A stretch of DNA of 64,000 nucleotides from Glycera tridactyla (Eukaryota), in assembly GCA_965644265.1 (NCBI GenBank), contig OZ286459.1, positions 125,674,001 through 125,738,000 on the forward strand. Direction: 5' to 3'. Positions 1-11,310 of the stretch are shown one piece after another. The notes below the pieces were generated by a model. The model saw only the letters and a program-made list of their open reading frames with translations. It did no database searches and was not told where the DNA came from. Both the position numbers and the translations under genes were made by a program. Each line of letters begins with the position of its first letter. Position 1 is the first letter of the stretch.

Positions 1-9
1 TCCCAGGTG

Positions 10-522
10 CATACCTGCCACGTACTACTGAACTTCAGTAGTCACTACCGAAATGAGGTCAAAACTACTGAACTACTGAAGCCTCTGAGAAACTACTGAA
101 ATGAAGCCCTACCCCATAAAAAACATTGTTTCTAGCACAGCATTGCCAAACATTCATGAAATGTTTATGGAAACCTGACGATTTCATAAGTTCCGGTGTG
201 TAGCTTGATTCATCCATAACTTGATGACATCATCAATCTCATTTAAGAGTGCTCAGAGATTTGTATAGAAAATAATTATGAAAAGCCTCATCACACATGA
301 CATGACATATGCATACATACCTGTTCATCAATACACATGTTTTTGTCTCATTCCGATATGAGTGGAATCATTTGGAAATAATGTATTGATATGAAGATCG
401 TGCAGAAAGTGTCCAAAATAACTACTGAAAATGATGAAAATATCACTACTGAAAATGAACCAAAACTACTGAAACCAATGTGGGTCACTACTTAACGCCG
501 TGACGTAGGGTTGGCAGGTATG
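10..522. mobile_element. Non-autonomous DNA transposon (hAT-like TIRs) with 6-bp target duplication
   Basis: TIR CATACCTGCCA at 10-20 and TGGCAGGTATG at 512-522. Flanked by direct repeat CAGGTG (4-9, 523-528). Many subterminal ACTACTGAA motifs. Confidence 0.75.
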
Positions 523-559
523 CAGGTGACTCGTTGGAACTGATGCTCAATATGTAATC

Positions 560-705
560 AAATATATGAGACTGGCTCCTCCTGGGTCCCAACAGAAGGC
601 GAAAATTTGTGAATTTCATGAATGTTTGCCAACTGTTTGGGACCCACATGGGGAAGTCTTCAATGGTCCCACCCATGCCCATTGCATGGGCATCAAATTA
701 TTGCT
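560..705. repeat. Repeat family C, short head-to-head inverted pair
   Basis: GGGTCCCAACAG...CTGTTTGGGACCC inverted arms, followed by the family hallmark CCCACCCATGCCCATTGCATGGG. Confidence 0.6.
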
Positions 706-709
706 CAAA

Positions 710-925
710 TCGAAACCCAGTGCATGCCGACTGGGATATCAAAGGCAGGCCGTGTATTTAGGAGCCTTTTCCTTATTACGCACGTTAAAGATCCACTGCT
801 GTCTTTCGCAAAGAGTAGGGACGGCCCCCGGCATGCAGTGACTCTTTTCCTTCAGCATTTTCAGTTTTTCAGTCGGATATAACCCAAGCAGGTTTAAGTG
901 ACGTTAAACTAAAAAAAACAAAAAC
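710..925 (+). mobile_element. SINE-like family A copy, 5'-truncated at a B-box remnant
   Basis: Begins TCGAAACCCAGTGCATGCCGACTGG, has central CACGTTAAAGATCC and ends GACGTTAAAC plus an A/AAAC tail. Homologous copies at about 22690, 22900, 26985 and 29345. Confidence 0.7.
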
Positions 926-1297
926 CTTGCACAAATCGAGCTGACATGACAATAATCAGATCCTTTAAACTACTGACCATTAACACTTGTAGTCTGAATC
1001 TGCAAGACCATGGAAAGAATGACCAATAAGAGGCATTATACCAGAGTAGTTGAAGGACAGGCAGTAGTATACTTGACAACTACTCAAAATTTTCATTGAG
1101 AGTGTTTTGGATGGATCAATCTTTCTGCCTATAGTTTACCTCCTCAGATGTTTTTTTTTGCCAGGAAATGGGGATTCCACAGGGAAAAATTGTGTGAGTC
1201 ACACTTTTCAGCATCAAAGTGAATAGTATAATTGATGCCTACCCTGACACCAAACTGAAGTATTTCAGTAGATTGAGGTGCCATGACATGGAGGCAT

Positions 1298-1460
1298 CGC
1301 CCATGCAATGAGCATGGGTGGGGTCTATCAAGACTCCTCCCTCTGGGTCCCAAATGGAAGGTGAGAATTTATGTTTGTGAATTTCATGAATTTTCACCTT
1401 TCGTGTGGGACCCGGGAGGATGAGTCTTGGAAGACCTCACCCATGTCCATCGCATGGGCG
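1298..1460. repeat. Family C head-to-head inverted pair (about 160-bp imperfect palindrome)
   Basis: 1298-1375 is the reverse complement of about 1380-1460 with scattered mismatches. Confidence 0.75.
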
Positions 1461-3102
1461 TCACAATATAGCCCAGCTGGAGGCATCGCTCGTGGTTACT
1501 GGTTTGATCTAAACTAGATTGTGAGTGCATGATTGCTAGCTCTGCATCTTCTATCCTCAAAATGCTTGATGCTGTTCATAATCGAGCTTTATGCATCTGG
1601 CTCTGAGCTTTTCAGACATCCCCTCCTGAAGGTCTTCATGTGGGAGCCAATCAACCCTCAATTTTTCTGCGAAGAATGAAATTAGGTCTTCATTATTGTT
1701 CGAACCTGAACGACCCAACATTTAGTGTCATTGCCCCTCTTGGAATGACGTTTGAAAATCATTTTGGAAGTTGTGACTTCAGCACACTCCCAATATCAAT
1801 GATGGATACTGTTCAATTTGCCGACGAGGGCTGGGACACCTCGAATACACCTGAAATTGGAGACCACCAAATCGTTCCTCTACAGAAGTAGGTAGGGTTT
1901 AGATCACTTTGGAGTGAACATGAGGTCGTCTCTGTTGAGGGATCCAAATGTGACTGGGAAGTATCTGCAGCTGTTTATACAGGATCACAACCATATAACT
2001 GTAGCTTACCTGATTGGTGAACAGTATTCTCACAGAGATAATGCATGATGTAGTGTCACAAGCTAACCGACAAACCATGATGATGAATGTAGACGAGCTA
2101 TTGATTAATGAAAAGAAGCCCTGGAAAACTCCTTCGAAAGACCTGCTGGTGACCTATTGACCAAGTATAAAGTAGTGAAGGCAGGGTCATGTTGCAGCAG
2201 TAAGCGACACTGTTGGGAAAATCTGTCGTATGCCTGAATTAGAACACACCCATCGATAAGTCATGGTCCATGGGTAGGAGAGAGCATCTCAAAGGATTAT
2301 CTGATCACATAATCTCAGGGGATTTGAAAGTCACTGGCGTCACAGTTTGCACAAAATAAATCTGCTGAAAATCACTCAGAAAATTTCTAAATCATAAATG
2401 AAACACAAGAGGGAAGCATCTTGATTTTATATAATCAGCTCTTTCTGATGGCTGAGAATGCACTGAATGCATATCATGATACCTCACCGGGCAGAATGAT
2501 GTTCAATATCTATTTTGAATTATCTCACCCATGGCCATTCCATGGGCGTCACAATATAGCATAAATGGAGCTGACGTGATATTGAACCAGAAACAACCAA
2601 CGAACCAACCATGTTGACTGAAAGCTATCCGACCACAAAAAATAAAAGGTTTGAGTCGCATTTGTTATATGTAGATCTAATGCGGTGAGCTGTATCATAT
2701 TCGCGTTAAGTAGAGGACATGACAGACCACATATTCGCCTTAGGAACAGTCAGACTCTCCACCATTGCCTTGTCTGAGCATGAAACCTTGAGTGACTGCT
2801 AATTTGATGAATTTTCATCTCGGGTTAGTGACCCAGAAGGGCAAATCTGTAATGATTTCTGCCATGTCTCTTGTATGAGTGTCTCGATGTACGCCAGATG
2901 ATATTCAATGTCGTACACCAACCAACCAACCATCAGTTGGACTGTGGACAAGCATGGCTAATGGGTACATATGATGCTAGCATCCCTCTCACAATACCCA
3001 GAACATACGAGGTTATGCAACCAGAGAGGATCTCAGGTCGAATTAAATGACTGCTCGGCTTGACTAGGGGATTGAGGGTAAAACTTAAGCCTGTGTGATT
3101 AT

Positions 3103-3250
3103 TGAGTGTCTGTGAATTTCATATCATTTCACTTTCCGTTGGGGACCCAGAAGAAGCAGACTTGGAAGATCCCACCCATGCCCATTGCATGGGTGTCACA
3201 ATATAGCCCAGATGGTGCTGACGTGACGTTAAACCAGAACCAACCAACTC
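3103..3250 (+). mobile_element. SINE-like family C module (about 150 bp), best-preserved copy
   Basis: TTGAGTGTCTGTGAATTTCAT...GGGGACCC...CCCATGCCCATTGCATGGG...GACGTGACGTTAAACCAGAACCAACCAAC. Further copies near 2525, 2788, 4159, 15831, 23046, 23250, 54563 and 58545. Confidence 0.7.
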
Positions 3251-3269
3251 ACACTGATATCAATGTTTT

Positions 3270-3430
3270 CAAGCAGAGCACAGTGCTCGAAACTGGACAG
3301 TGCATTAGGTTCGGGGACTACCTGAGCAATGGGCTCAGTTATGAACAGTCAACTTCAACACAACTTTACAATAATCTGCCCTATGCCACATCACTTTCTG
3401 CTAAACCTAGTCGCAGCCCTAGTAACCAAG
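3270..3430 (-). repeat. Inverted fragment of long repeat family B
   Basis: Reverse-complement homology to 4697-4870. Confidence 0.7.
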
Positions 3431-3529
3431 TGCTGATGAAATTGTTGATTTTCAGATTAGATCTGTCCGTCTTAAGTGAACCTTTCCTTTTCGGATACCA
3501 AATAAAGTAATAAAGTGTAATAAAGTGTG

Positions 3530-3644
3530 TGTGTGTGTGTGTGAGTGTGCCAAAAATAATTTGGGCATTTGGAACACATTTCATGGGCCTGTTGCCAGTA
3601 CAATCTGGTAATATGTCTCTGACTTGATTTCTATCACTAAAAGA

Positions 3645-3700
<56 letters not shown>

Positions 3701-3865
3701 GTGTGTGGTACCCTGGGCACAGAGTTCCTGTCTACTCTGTGCCCTGGGTGTCATTGTGGGCGTGTGTGTGTGAAACCCAAAAATTGGGCTTGGGCATTTG
3801 ACACATTTCCCATGCATCATGTCACTGACATGAAATTAATCAAAAAAGTGTGTGTGTGCATGCGA

Positions 3866-3903
<38 letters not shown>

Positions 3904-3960
3904 ACGGGCATGTGTGTGCACGTATGTGTGTGAGTGTGCGCGCGGGCGAGTGTGTGGCGC
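3530..3960 (+). repeat. (GT)n-associated repeat, family D body
   Basis: Core AAAATAATTTGGGCATTTGGAACACATTTCATGG...CTATCACTAAAA followed by (GT)n. Near-identical cores at about 60440 and 60735. Confidence 0.75.
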
Positions 3961-4399
3961 CCTGGTAAGGTCGCTGACATAATCCATCCAGGGGTTGACG
4001 AGGATTAGTCAGTAATCCATCTCCTCGGTTTCCGGTTTCACCCAATCCATTCTACCTGCCTCATTCACTATCAAGTGTATGGACCACCCTGCTATATTGG
4101 GCGTGATAACAGCACATTTTTATCACACATACTAAGATGTGATGATAGAAAAGACACCTTGAGAGTCAGTGATTTTCATTAATGTTCACTTTCTGTTTGG
4201 GACACCGGGAGGAGGAGACTCAAATGATCCCACCCATGCCCATTGCACTTTTGAATGGGCGTCACAATGTAGCGCATATGGCGCTGACGTGACGTCAAAC
4301 TAGAACCAGCCACATAATCAGCACACGATATGCTGGGTAGGGTGGGAGTCCAGGGTCTCTATAGATGGCAGCCACCAATGGGCGCGGGACTTTTACTCT

Positions 4400-5180
4400 G
4401 AAGTGTTGCCATCGGGGATGATGTGGCCTAGGTGTAGCATCATCCCTTCTCTTCTTCTCAATATCTTTTGGACAGGGGGGTTGAATGAAAACACCTTAAA
4501 AAATTTCCATCATCTATCTTTAGGCATTTTCTACCAAAATTGCACTATCACTAGATTTCTTTTTTTGACCTCTTTCCTATCCCTCTAAGCTATTTCTTAT
4601 TTCTTCAGTGAAATGGTCTCAGGTGTAGGTGGCTGATGGTTTGCATGTAGCAGATATTGTCACTATGCAAAACGCGGGTACCAGGCACACCAGTTCTGGG
4701 TTACTAGGGCTGCGACTAGGTTTACTAGGTTGTGTGATGGCATCGTACTGCAAGCATAGGGCAAGCCATGATTGTAAAGCTGGTTTGAAGTTGACAGTTC
4801 GTAATTGAAGACATTGTTTGAGTATTCTCTGAACCTAATGCTTTTCCTTGTTTCAAGTACTGCGCTTTGCGTAAAAAAAAAAAGCATAGCTATCAGGCTT
4901 GAGTGTTAGCTTCCAGCCAGTTACATAGTTAGATATGCCATCATCAGGTTCAATATGTCTTTTTTTTGTAGAGTTAAGAGTTGGTAGGGGTGTGTGTGAA
5001 CCATCAGCTACTTCCACTTGACAACCTTTCGGGGAGTTCCCCATCATCTTGTGTTCAGGGTTTGTGAGAGTGATGTCTGCAGGGGAGAGACCATCTAGCT
5101 TTCATTAACCAGGAACACACGGCATACATAATCCTGTGGGTTGATACATGCCGTTAAACCTCAAACAAACAAACAAACTG
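4400..5180 (+). mobile_element. Long non-coding SINE-like element, family B (about 780 bp)
   Basis: Ends GCCGTTAAACCTC(AAAC)n. Colinear homologue at about 62545-63100. No convincing ORF. Confidence 0.6.
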
Positions 5181-7019
5181 GCAATTTGCATCGGGTGTGG
5201 CGTTAAAAGGGTGCCATAACGACCTCTGTTCTTCGGGCATAATTGTGTTGTTTCAGTTAAACAATCCGAGATTTGTTCTGTTGGATATATGCTAGAAATA
5301 CACCGGCCATCTGTTGAGTTTATAAATTGACATGTTAAAGAATTTGTTCTCGTGATGGAGCAAAACTCGGTGATTAAAGGGTTGGTGCCAGCGTGTCTGC
5401 CATCCCATGCTTTCCAGTGTTGGCAGCGAGCACGTGCGCGCGTGGGCGGGTGATGGAGCAGTCTCACAGCGCGCGTGCGTGCATCTCATTTGATGCGGAC
5501 GGCCTTGACCCTTTGACAGTTCGTAGCATTCATTCAGGCTGGTGGTGAGAAGATGCTAAAGAAAACAAGCCAAACGGGACGCACATGTATGTGACATTGA
5601 AAAGGTAAGAATCCACTATTCTGTATGGTTACTCCATATTATGTAGCGTTCATTACTGACTTCATTTCTCGACCTGAATGTAGGATATTTTGTCCAGATA
5701 TTTACACAGACGAGACCACTTGTGCCTGAGAGGGATGCAGAATTGATGGATCTTACCTCATAAGTAGCCTGTCCATGCCAAAAATTAATCTGATCCAAAT
5801 AGCTAATATTATGAGCCCATTGTTTAGATATTCCACCAACTAAGAAAATTAAAAAAAGATGAACTAAATCGGATCAGTAGATCTCAAGATATGGCGAATT
5901 TTGTGAGGCAATTTTTGGGTTTCCCGGTGAACTGTAGTGTTGATGCAGTCATTTTGATTTGAATTTCTTGGCAAAAGTGCCATCTTCAAGTACCATTTCT
6001 GGGCAACCTATTACTTGGAGGCATATAATTTCTCAGCCAAGTAATGATGATTATGTATATTCTAACAATTCATAGTGAAGTATGACATCGGGCATTTTTG
6101 TGAAATTTTGTGCCTGCCCAAAGCGTGCTTTTCATGTCAAATGAGCATGTTTGGACTTAGTCATTTTCACACCCGGTCACATAAAATAGGTGAATTTCAG
6201 TTTTTTAGCAATATCTTTGCACCCAGAAATCATACATATTCCATTTGTGAAGCAATTTGGAGATGGACCATAGCAACAAACACACAGATACATTGTGCCA
6301 GTATGAAATATCATCTTCAATATGAGAATTAGCAAAATCATTTTGACTCTACCCAAAAATGAGTGAATTTCTGCCCTTTGGTTAATATTTTGAGTATATT
6401 TTGAAAGAGAACAATCTTTTTTGTTAGGGAGAATTCCAAATTCACTGAAGCACAGCAATGCTGACTACTTCTGTCTGTTTTGTGGGCCTTCATTGCAGGA
6501 AAACGTCCTCAAAAATATTTTTGACCCTGCCAGTAAAAATGGTCAAAACATGTTTTCTTGAGCAACCAATAACCACAGTAACTTAATTCATGGATCAGAA
6601 TGAGTCTCACACAGAACCACATATATCGACAAATCCCACTTGTATGAATGTTCTTGAAAATAAAAAAATATTCAAAAATTAGTTTTTGATGTATGTAAAA
6701 AAGATTCAGGAGTTTCTGCTAATCGGGTGAATCAGTTATGCATAACACCATGTGCAGGCAGTCACCCAGTTCACCACTGACTCATTTGTCGCATTTTGAT
6801 ACAGTGGGAATTCCAAAAATATTTTTGACTCTTAACCAATATGGGCAAAAATCGATTTTCTTGGCCAATATCTTACCACAGAAAACACCCAAACATGTCT
6901 TCACTTGGACCATTCGCAAGGCTATCAATGCATTATTCTTAAGAAAGAAATTCACTACTATGAGTGATAAGCTCAGTATTAGAACCATCAAAATCATTCT
7001 TGCTTTATCAAAAAATCCG

Positions 7020-7698
7020 TCCATCCATATATCAATCCATCCATCCATTCATCAATCCATATATTCATGCATCCATCTGTCCGTCCATCCTTCCATCCAT
7101 TAATCCATATTTGGATGGATGGAAATGAGGATGGATGAATGAATAAATGGATGGATGGATGGATCGGTGGATATAAGGATGAATGGATGAATACATGGAT
7201 GAATAATTGGATNNNNNNNNNNNNNNNNNNNNNNNNNNNNNNNNNNNNNNNNNNNNNNNNNNNNNNNNNNNNNNNNNNNNNNNNNNNNNNNNNNNNNNNN
7301 NNNNNNNNNNNNNNNNNNNNNNNNNNNNNNNNNNNNNNNNNNNNNNNNNNNNNNNNNNNNNNNNNNNNNNNNNNNNNNNNNNNNNNNNNNNNNNNNNNNN
7401 NNNNNNNNNNNNNNNNNNNNNNNNNNNNNNNNNNNNNNNNNNNNNNNNNNNNNNNNNNNNNNNNNNNNNNNNNNNNNNNNNNNNNNNNNNNNNNNNNNNN
7501 NNNNNNNNNNNNNNNNNNNNNGAATGGACGGATTAATGAATTTATGGATGGACGGATCAATGGGTGGATGGGTTGATGCATTGATGAATGGATGGATGGA
7601 TGATTGGAAGGATGGATGAATAAATGGATGGATGGATGGGTGGATGGATGGATGGATTGATTGATTGGTGAAGGGATTGATTGATTGGTGGATGAATG

Positions 7699-7733
<35 letters not shown>

Positions 7734-7800
7734 GCATGGATATATGGATGAGTTGGTGAGTGAGTGAGTGAGTGAGTGAGTGAGCAAACGAGCGAGCAAG
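7020..7800. repeat. Compound tetranucleotide microsatellite (ATCC/GGAT, TTGA, GTGA) spanning an assembly gap
   Basis: Direct reading. N run at 7213-7521. Confidence 0.9.
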
Positions 7801-7901
7801 TGAGTGAGGGGGCGAGCGAGGGGTGGTAGTGGGTCTCACATCAAACACAGTAAATGCAATTGACAGCTGCTCTGATGTTTTTAACAGGTGGCTGTCGCTA
7901 A

Positions 7902-9457
7902 CCCTGCCGACACCGTGTCAAAATATGACACCTGGAGCTATATTCACAGGGATTTTTTCTGTCAGACTGGATATTCTTCTTCTTGAAATATGCAAGAATA
8001 TATGTAGAAAATAATCATGAAGTAGCAAATATTCTGGGATAGTGGCTCGGCCATCTTGCCTATAGGCATCATTTCTACAGACATCTCCTCAGAAAAGCGA
8101 ACTTCGGGCCCTGAGCCATGGGTCTCACAGCAAAATAAATCACATCATTGAATTTCTGAGAAAATTTGCATTAATGGCATTTTTCCGATTGTAGGGTTTA
8201 ATTGGGGAATATTTTGAGATAATTGCCCCGAAAGTTTGAAGTTGCATACAAGATTAACAGCAAAATGACCGGCAACGTGATTCAACAGACATCTCCTCGG
8301 AAAAGTGAATTTCGGGCCCTGAGCCAGGGGACTCACAACAAAATAGATTACATCATTGAATTCCTGAGAGAATTTGCATTAAATGCATTTTTCCGATTGT
8401 ACGGGTTAATTGGGGAATATTTTGAGATAATTGCCCCGAAAGTTTGAAGTTTATAAAAAATCAATGACAACAAAATGGCCGCCAACGTGACATCTCCTCA
8501 GAAAAGTGAATTTCGGGCCCTGAGCCAGGGGATTCACAACAAAATAAATTACATCATTGAATTCCTGAGAAAATTTGCATTAAAGGCATTTTTCCGATTG
8601 TAGGGGTCAATTGGGGAATATTTTGAGATAATTGCCCCGAAAGTTTGAATTCTATAAAAATCAATGACAACAAAATGTCCGCCAACGTGATTCAACAGAC
8701 ATCTCCTCAGAAAAGTGAATTTCGGGCCCTGAGCCAGGGTGTTCACAAAAAAATGAGTTACATAAGTGAATTCCTGAGAAAATTTCCAATCAGACTGTTT
8801 TTCCTATTGTTGGGGTCAATAGGAGAACATTTTGAGATAATTGCACACAAAGTTTGAACTTTGAAACAAAAGTGACAAAACAAAATGGCCGCCGACAGGG
8901 TTATTGAATCTGCTGGGAAGTACAAGGATTTCACTTCAGTAATATATGGAAATTGTACACAAAACTTTTACCAAACAATTCCTGAGGCTTAACCATTTCA
9001 TTATGTCATTCAGAAATATAAATAAAATGCATGGCAGAGACAATAAATGAGCAACTTGTGTTCGATAAGTCAGACTCTTGAGCACAGCTACTGGCAGCAT
9101 TTTAGTGATCTAAGCTGAAAACATGCTCTTACAAATGTCAATTTCGGGCCCTGAGCCAGGCAGTTTAAATTCACATGTGATACATCAAAATGATCATCGG
9201 AAACTCAGCTTCAATAATATTTTTCCTATTTTGAAAAATATGGTCGGGAACAATGGCAAATTCAAGAAATAAAAAAGTATTTTACTCACTTTATTCACAG
9301 TCATCACGTAACCAGTCCAACCGACATGAAACCTATACCATCTGAACTACTGAGAAGGTGACTATCAACTGGCCAGATTTCAAAGCCCTAACCCCACTAG
9401 TGGCCGAGTGACGACGAGTTGATGAGCAGATGTCAAGCTAGGACACGGTGTCAAGGG
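7902..9457. mobile_element. CCC-terminated non-autonomous DNA element (CACTA/EnSpm-like) with internal tandem repeats
   Basis: Left end CCCTGCCGACACCGTGTC, right end GACACGGTGTCAAGGG, AA dinucleotide on both flanks. Confidence 0.5.
8077..8900 (+). repeat. Tandem repeat, about 4 units of 200-208 bp
   Basis: GACATCTCCTCAGAAAAGTGAATTTCGGGCCCTGAGCC recurs at about 8080, 8288, 8490 and 8698. Confidence 0.9.
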
Positions 9458-11093
9458 AATACAGCCACTTTGAAGTCACCCGAGTGCTGTTCGCGCCTAT
9501 GTTGAGCTTGCTCGCTCGCTAACGATCACTTTTCACGCCTTTTGATCACACCTTTTTGATGTGACATCACAATGGAGGCCCCACAAATATTGTTATGAAC
9601 ATAAATGCGAAAAAAGTAAGTCAAAATATGGGTTATTTATTAAGTGATATGCAAAAGAGTGAGACAAGGTTGACCTGATCGTGTAATTTCGCCGACAGTG
9701 AGCTCGCTGTGCGGACTAGCTATCATAAGGTTCCATGGTGCCAGAGCAGTGGTGGCATTTGATTCACAATAGAGGCTTTGAACAAGTATTGAAGAAGCAA
9801 ATGATAGCTGCGCTTTGAACAATCACATAGCTTTTTATGATTTACCTAGACTCAGTATACCTTACCACCTGCCTGAATTTATCTGTTTATCATGTCTGCC
9901 AGTTGCTCATTGCCTCTAGGCAATGCCAATGGCACCATTAAAGCTGAACCATATGAGCAGTATTATGTTTTGAGAATTTATTTGTGGTTAGTTTCTGAAT
10001 GAATGTTAGCAGTGCTCTGGACAGCTATTCCTCATTCTTGTCGACCCAGTTTTTCTCTTTCTACCTGCTTGTCTGCCAGTTGCTCAGTCATTGCTGATGA
10101 AAGCATTAATGTTTGAGCTGCACCTCCATAAGTGCAGCAAGACCTGCAATAAGAGACCATGCTGAATGTCACAAAAAAGTGGTCTCTCATCAGAGGTTCA
10201 TTTGACTATGTTATATATAAGCTGCTCTGAAAAAGCGGTCCCCCATCAGAGGTGGATTGGGATTTTCACCCGCACTCCCTGTCATTTTCACTTGCCCTTC
10301 TGCATATAATCATAGGCCAAATAGCGGTTAGATACCTGCCCATCAGGCAAGCAGACCCAAAATCACCTGTCCTGCCAACGAATCCACCTGCCTGTGCCAG
10401 CAGGGCAACCCTTATTGTAGAGTCCTGACATTGTCATTTATTCATTGTGGTAAGTATTAAAGTACTGAATGTACTAATGATTATCATTTTGATGTTCACT
10501 CTAAGAACCATCCATGTTGTCAGGCCCATTTACCATTTTATGATTTTGTGATTGAGGTGTGAGGCATACAGATTCACAATGCCTTCTCTGCTTACAATCA
10601 AATAACCACACTACCAATTTGATTGCATTCAATGCTCTGTGTAAATTAGCACTTTGTATATCATGTTTTGTTCAAGGATGATTCATATCTGGAGAGATGA
10701 GCTGTTGCCACTAAATTTGAAATACCACTGCATCAATTTTTTGGTAGGAAATTGACCCCTATATGTTGAATGTTAAATGTGCATGAGTGCTGCTGACAAA
10801 AATGTGAGCATTTCATGATGCATCAGCCGTTACTCTGGACATAATGAATTACTGCTGCACAGTTCAGTGGGCAAAGGCGTCTTATAGCTTGATGATGATG
10901 GAAATTTTGTGAAAAATTATAGAATTCTGGAAGTTGTGTCAAAATTTTAAATCAAGAAGTTGCTGCATTCTGGCAAATACTTTCACAAATATGTCATGGT
11001 GTTGTTTTGAGCAAGTTTGTTGATATTTATGTAGATTTTACTTCATGTCATTGGCATCACTAGCTGTTCCAATGTCTTCTCCAGCTATCAATA

Positions 11094-11310
11094 CAGGGCG
11101 TGACAAGATGGCCTCCCACCTGCCCCTCGCAGGTAGATTCCCAGAGTGGGCAGGTTGACTTGAAACCTACCTGCCCAATGAACAGGTAGAAATTGATAAT
11201 AAATGCAATGAATACATAATGGAGGCATGCTGAATTTTGAAGGGGGCAGGTAGATCTGAAATGTATCTGCTCAACGGGCAGGTGGAAAATTCTGGTGTTG
11301 TCGTGCCTTG
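11094..11310. mobile_element. hAT-like MITE with apparent 5-bp target duplication
   Basis: TIRs CAGGGCGTGACAA and TTGTCGTGCCTTG (10/13 match). CAATA at 11089-11093 and 11311-11315. Internal GGGCAGGTAG repeats. Confidence 0.55.

Noticed and set aside
1640-2160. Decayed coding sequence
   Set aside because: Short frames broken by stops, no recognisable motif and no consistent exon chain.
3381-4045. His-Thr / Cys-Val rich ORFs (also near 27450, 28450, 38450, 48100, 54100 and 60330)
   Set aside because: Translations of (GT)n, (CT)n and (CTGT)n microsatellites.
6994-7848. 284-aa ORF and other X-containing ORFs (23569-23909, 57652-58145)
   Set aside because: Created by N gaps and simple repeats.
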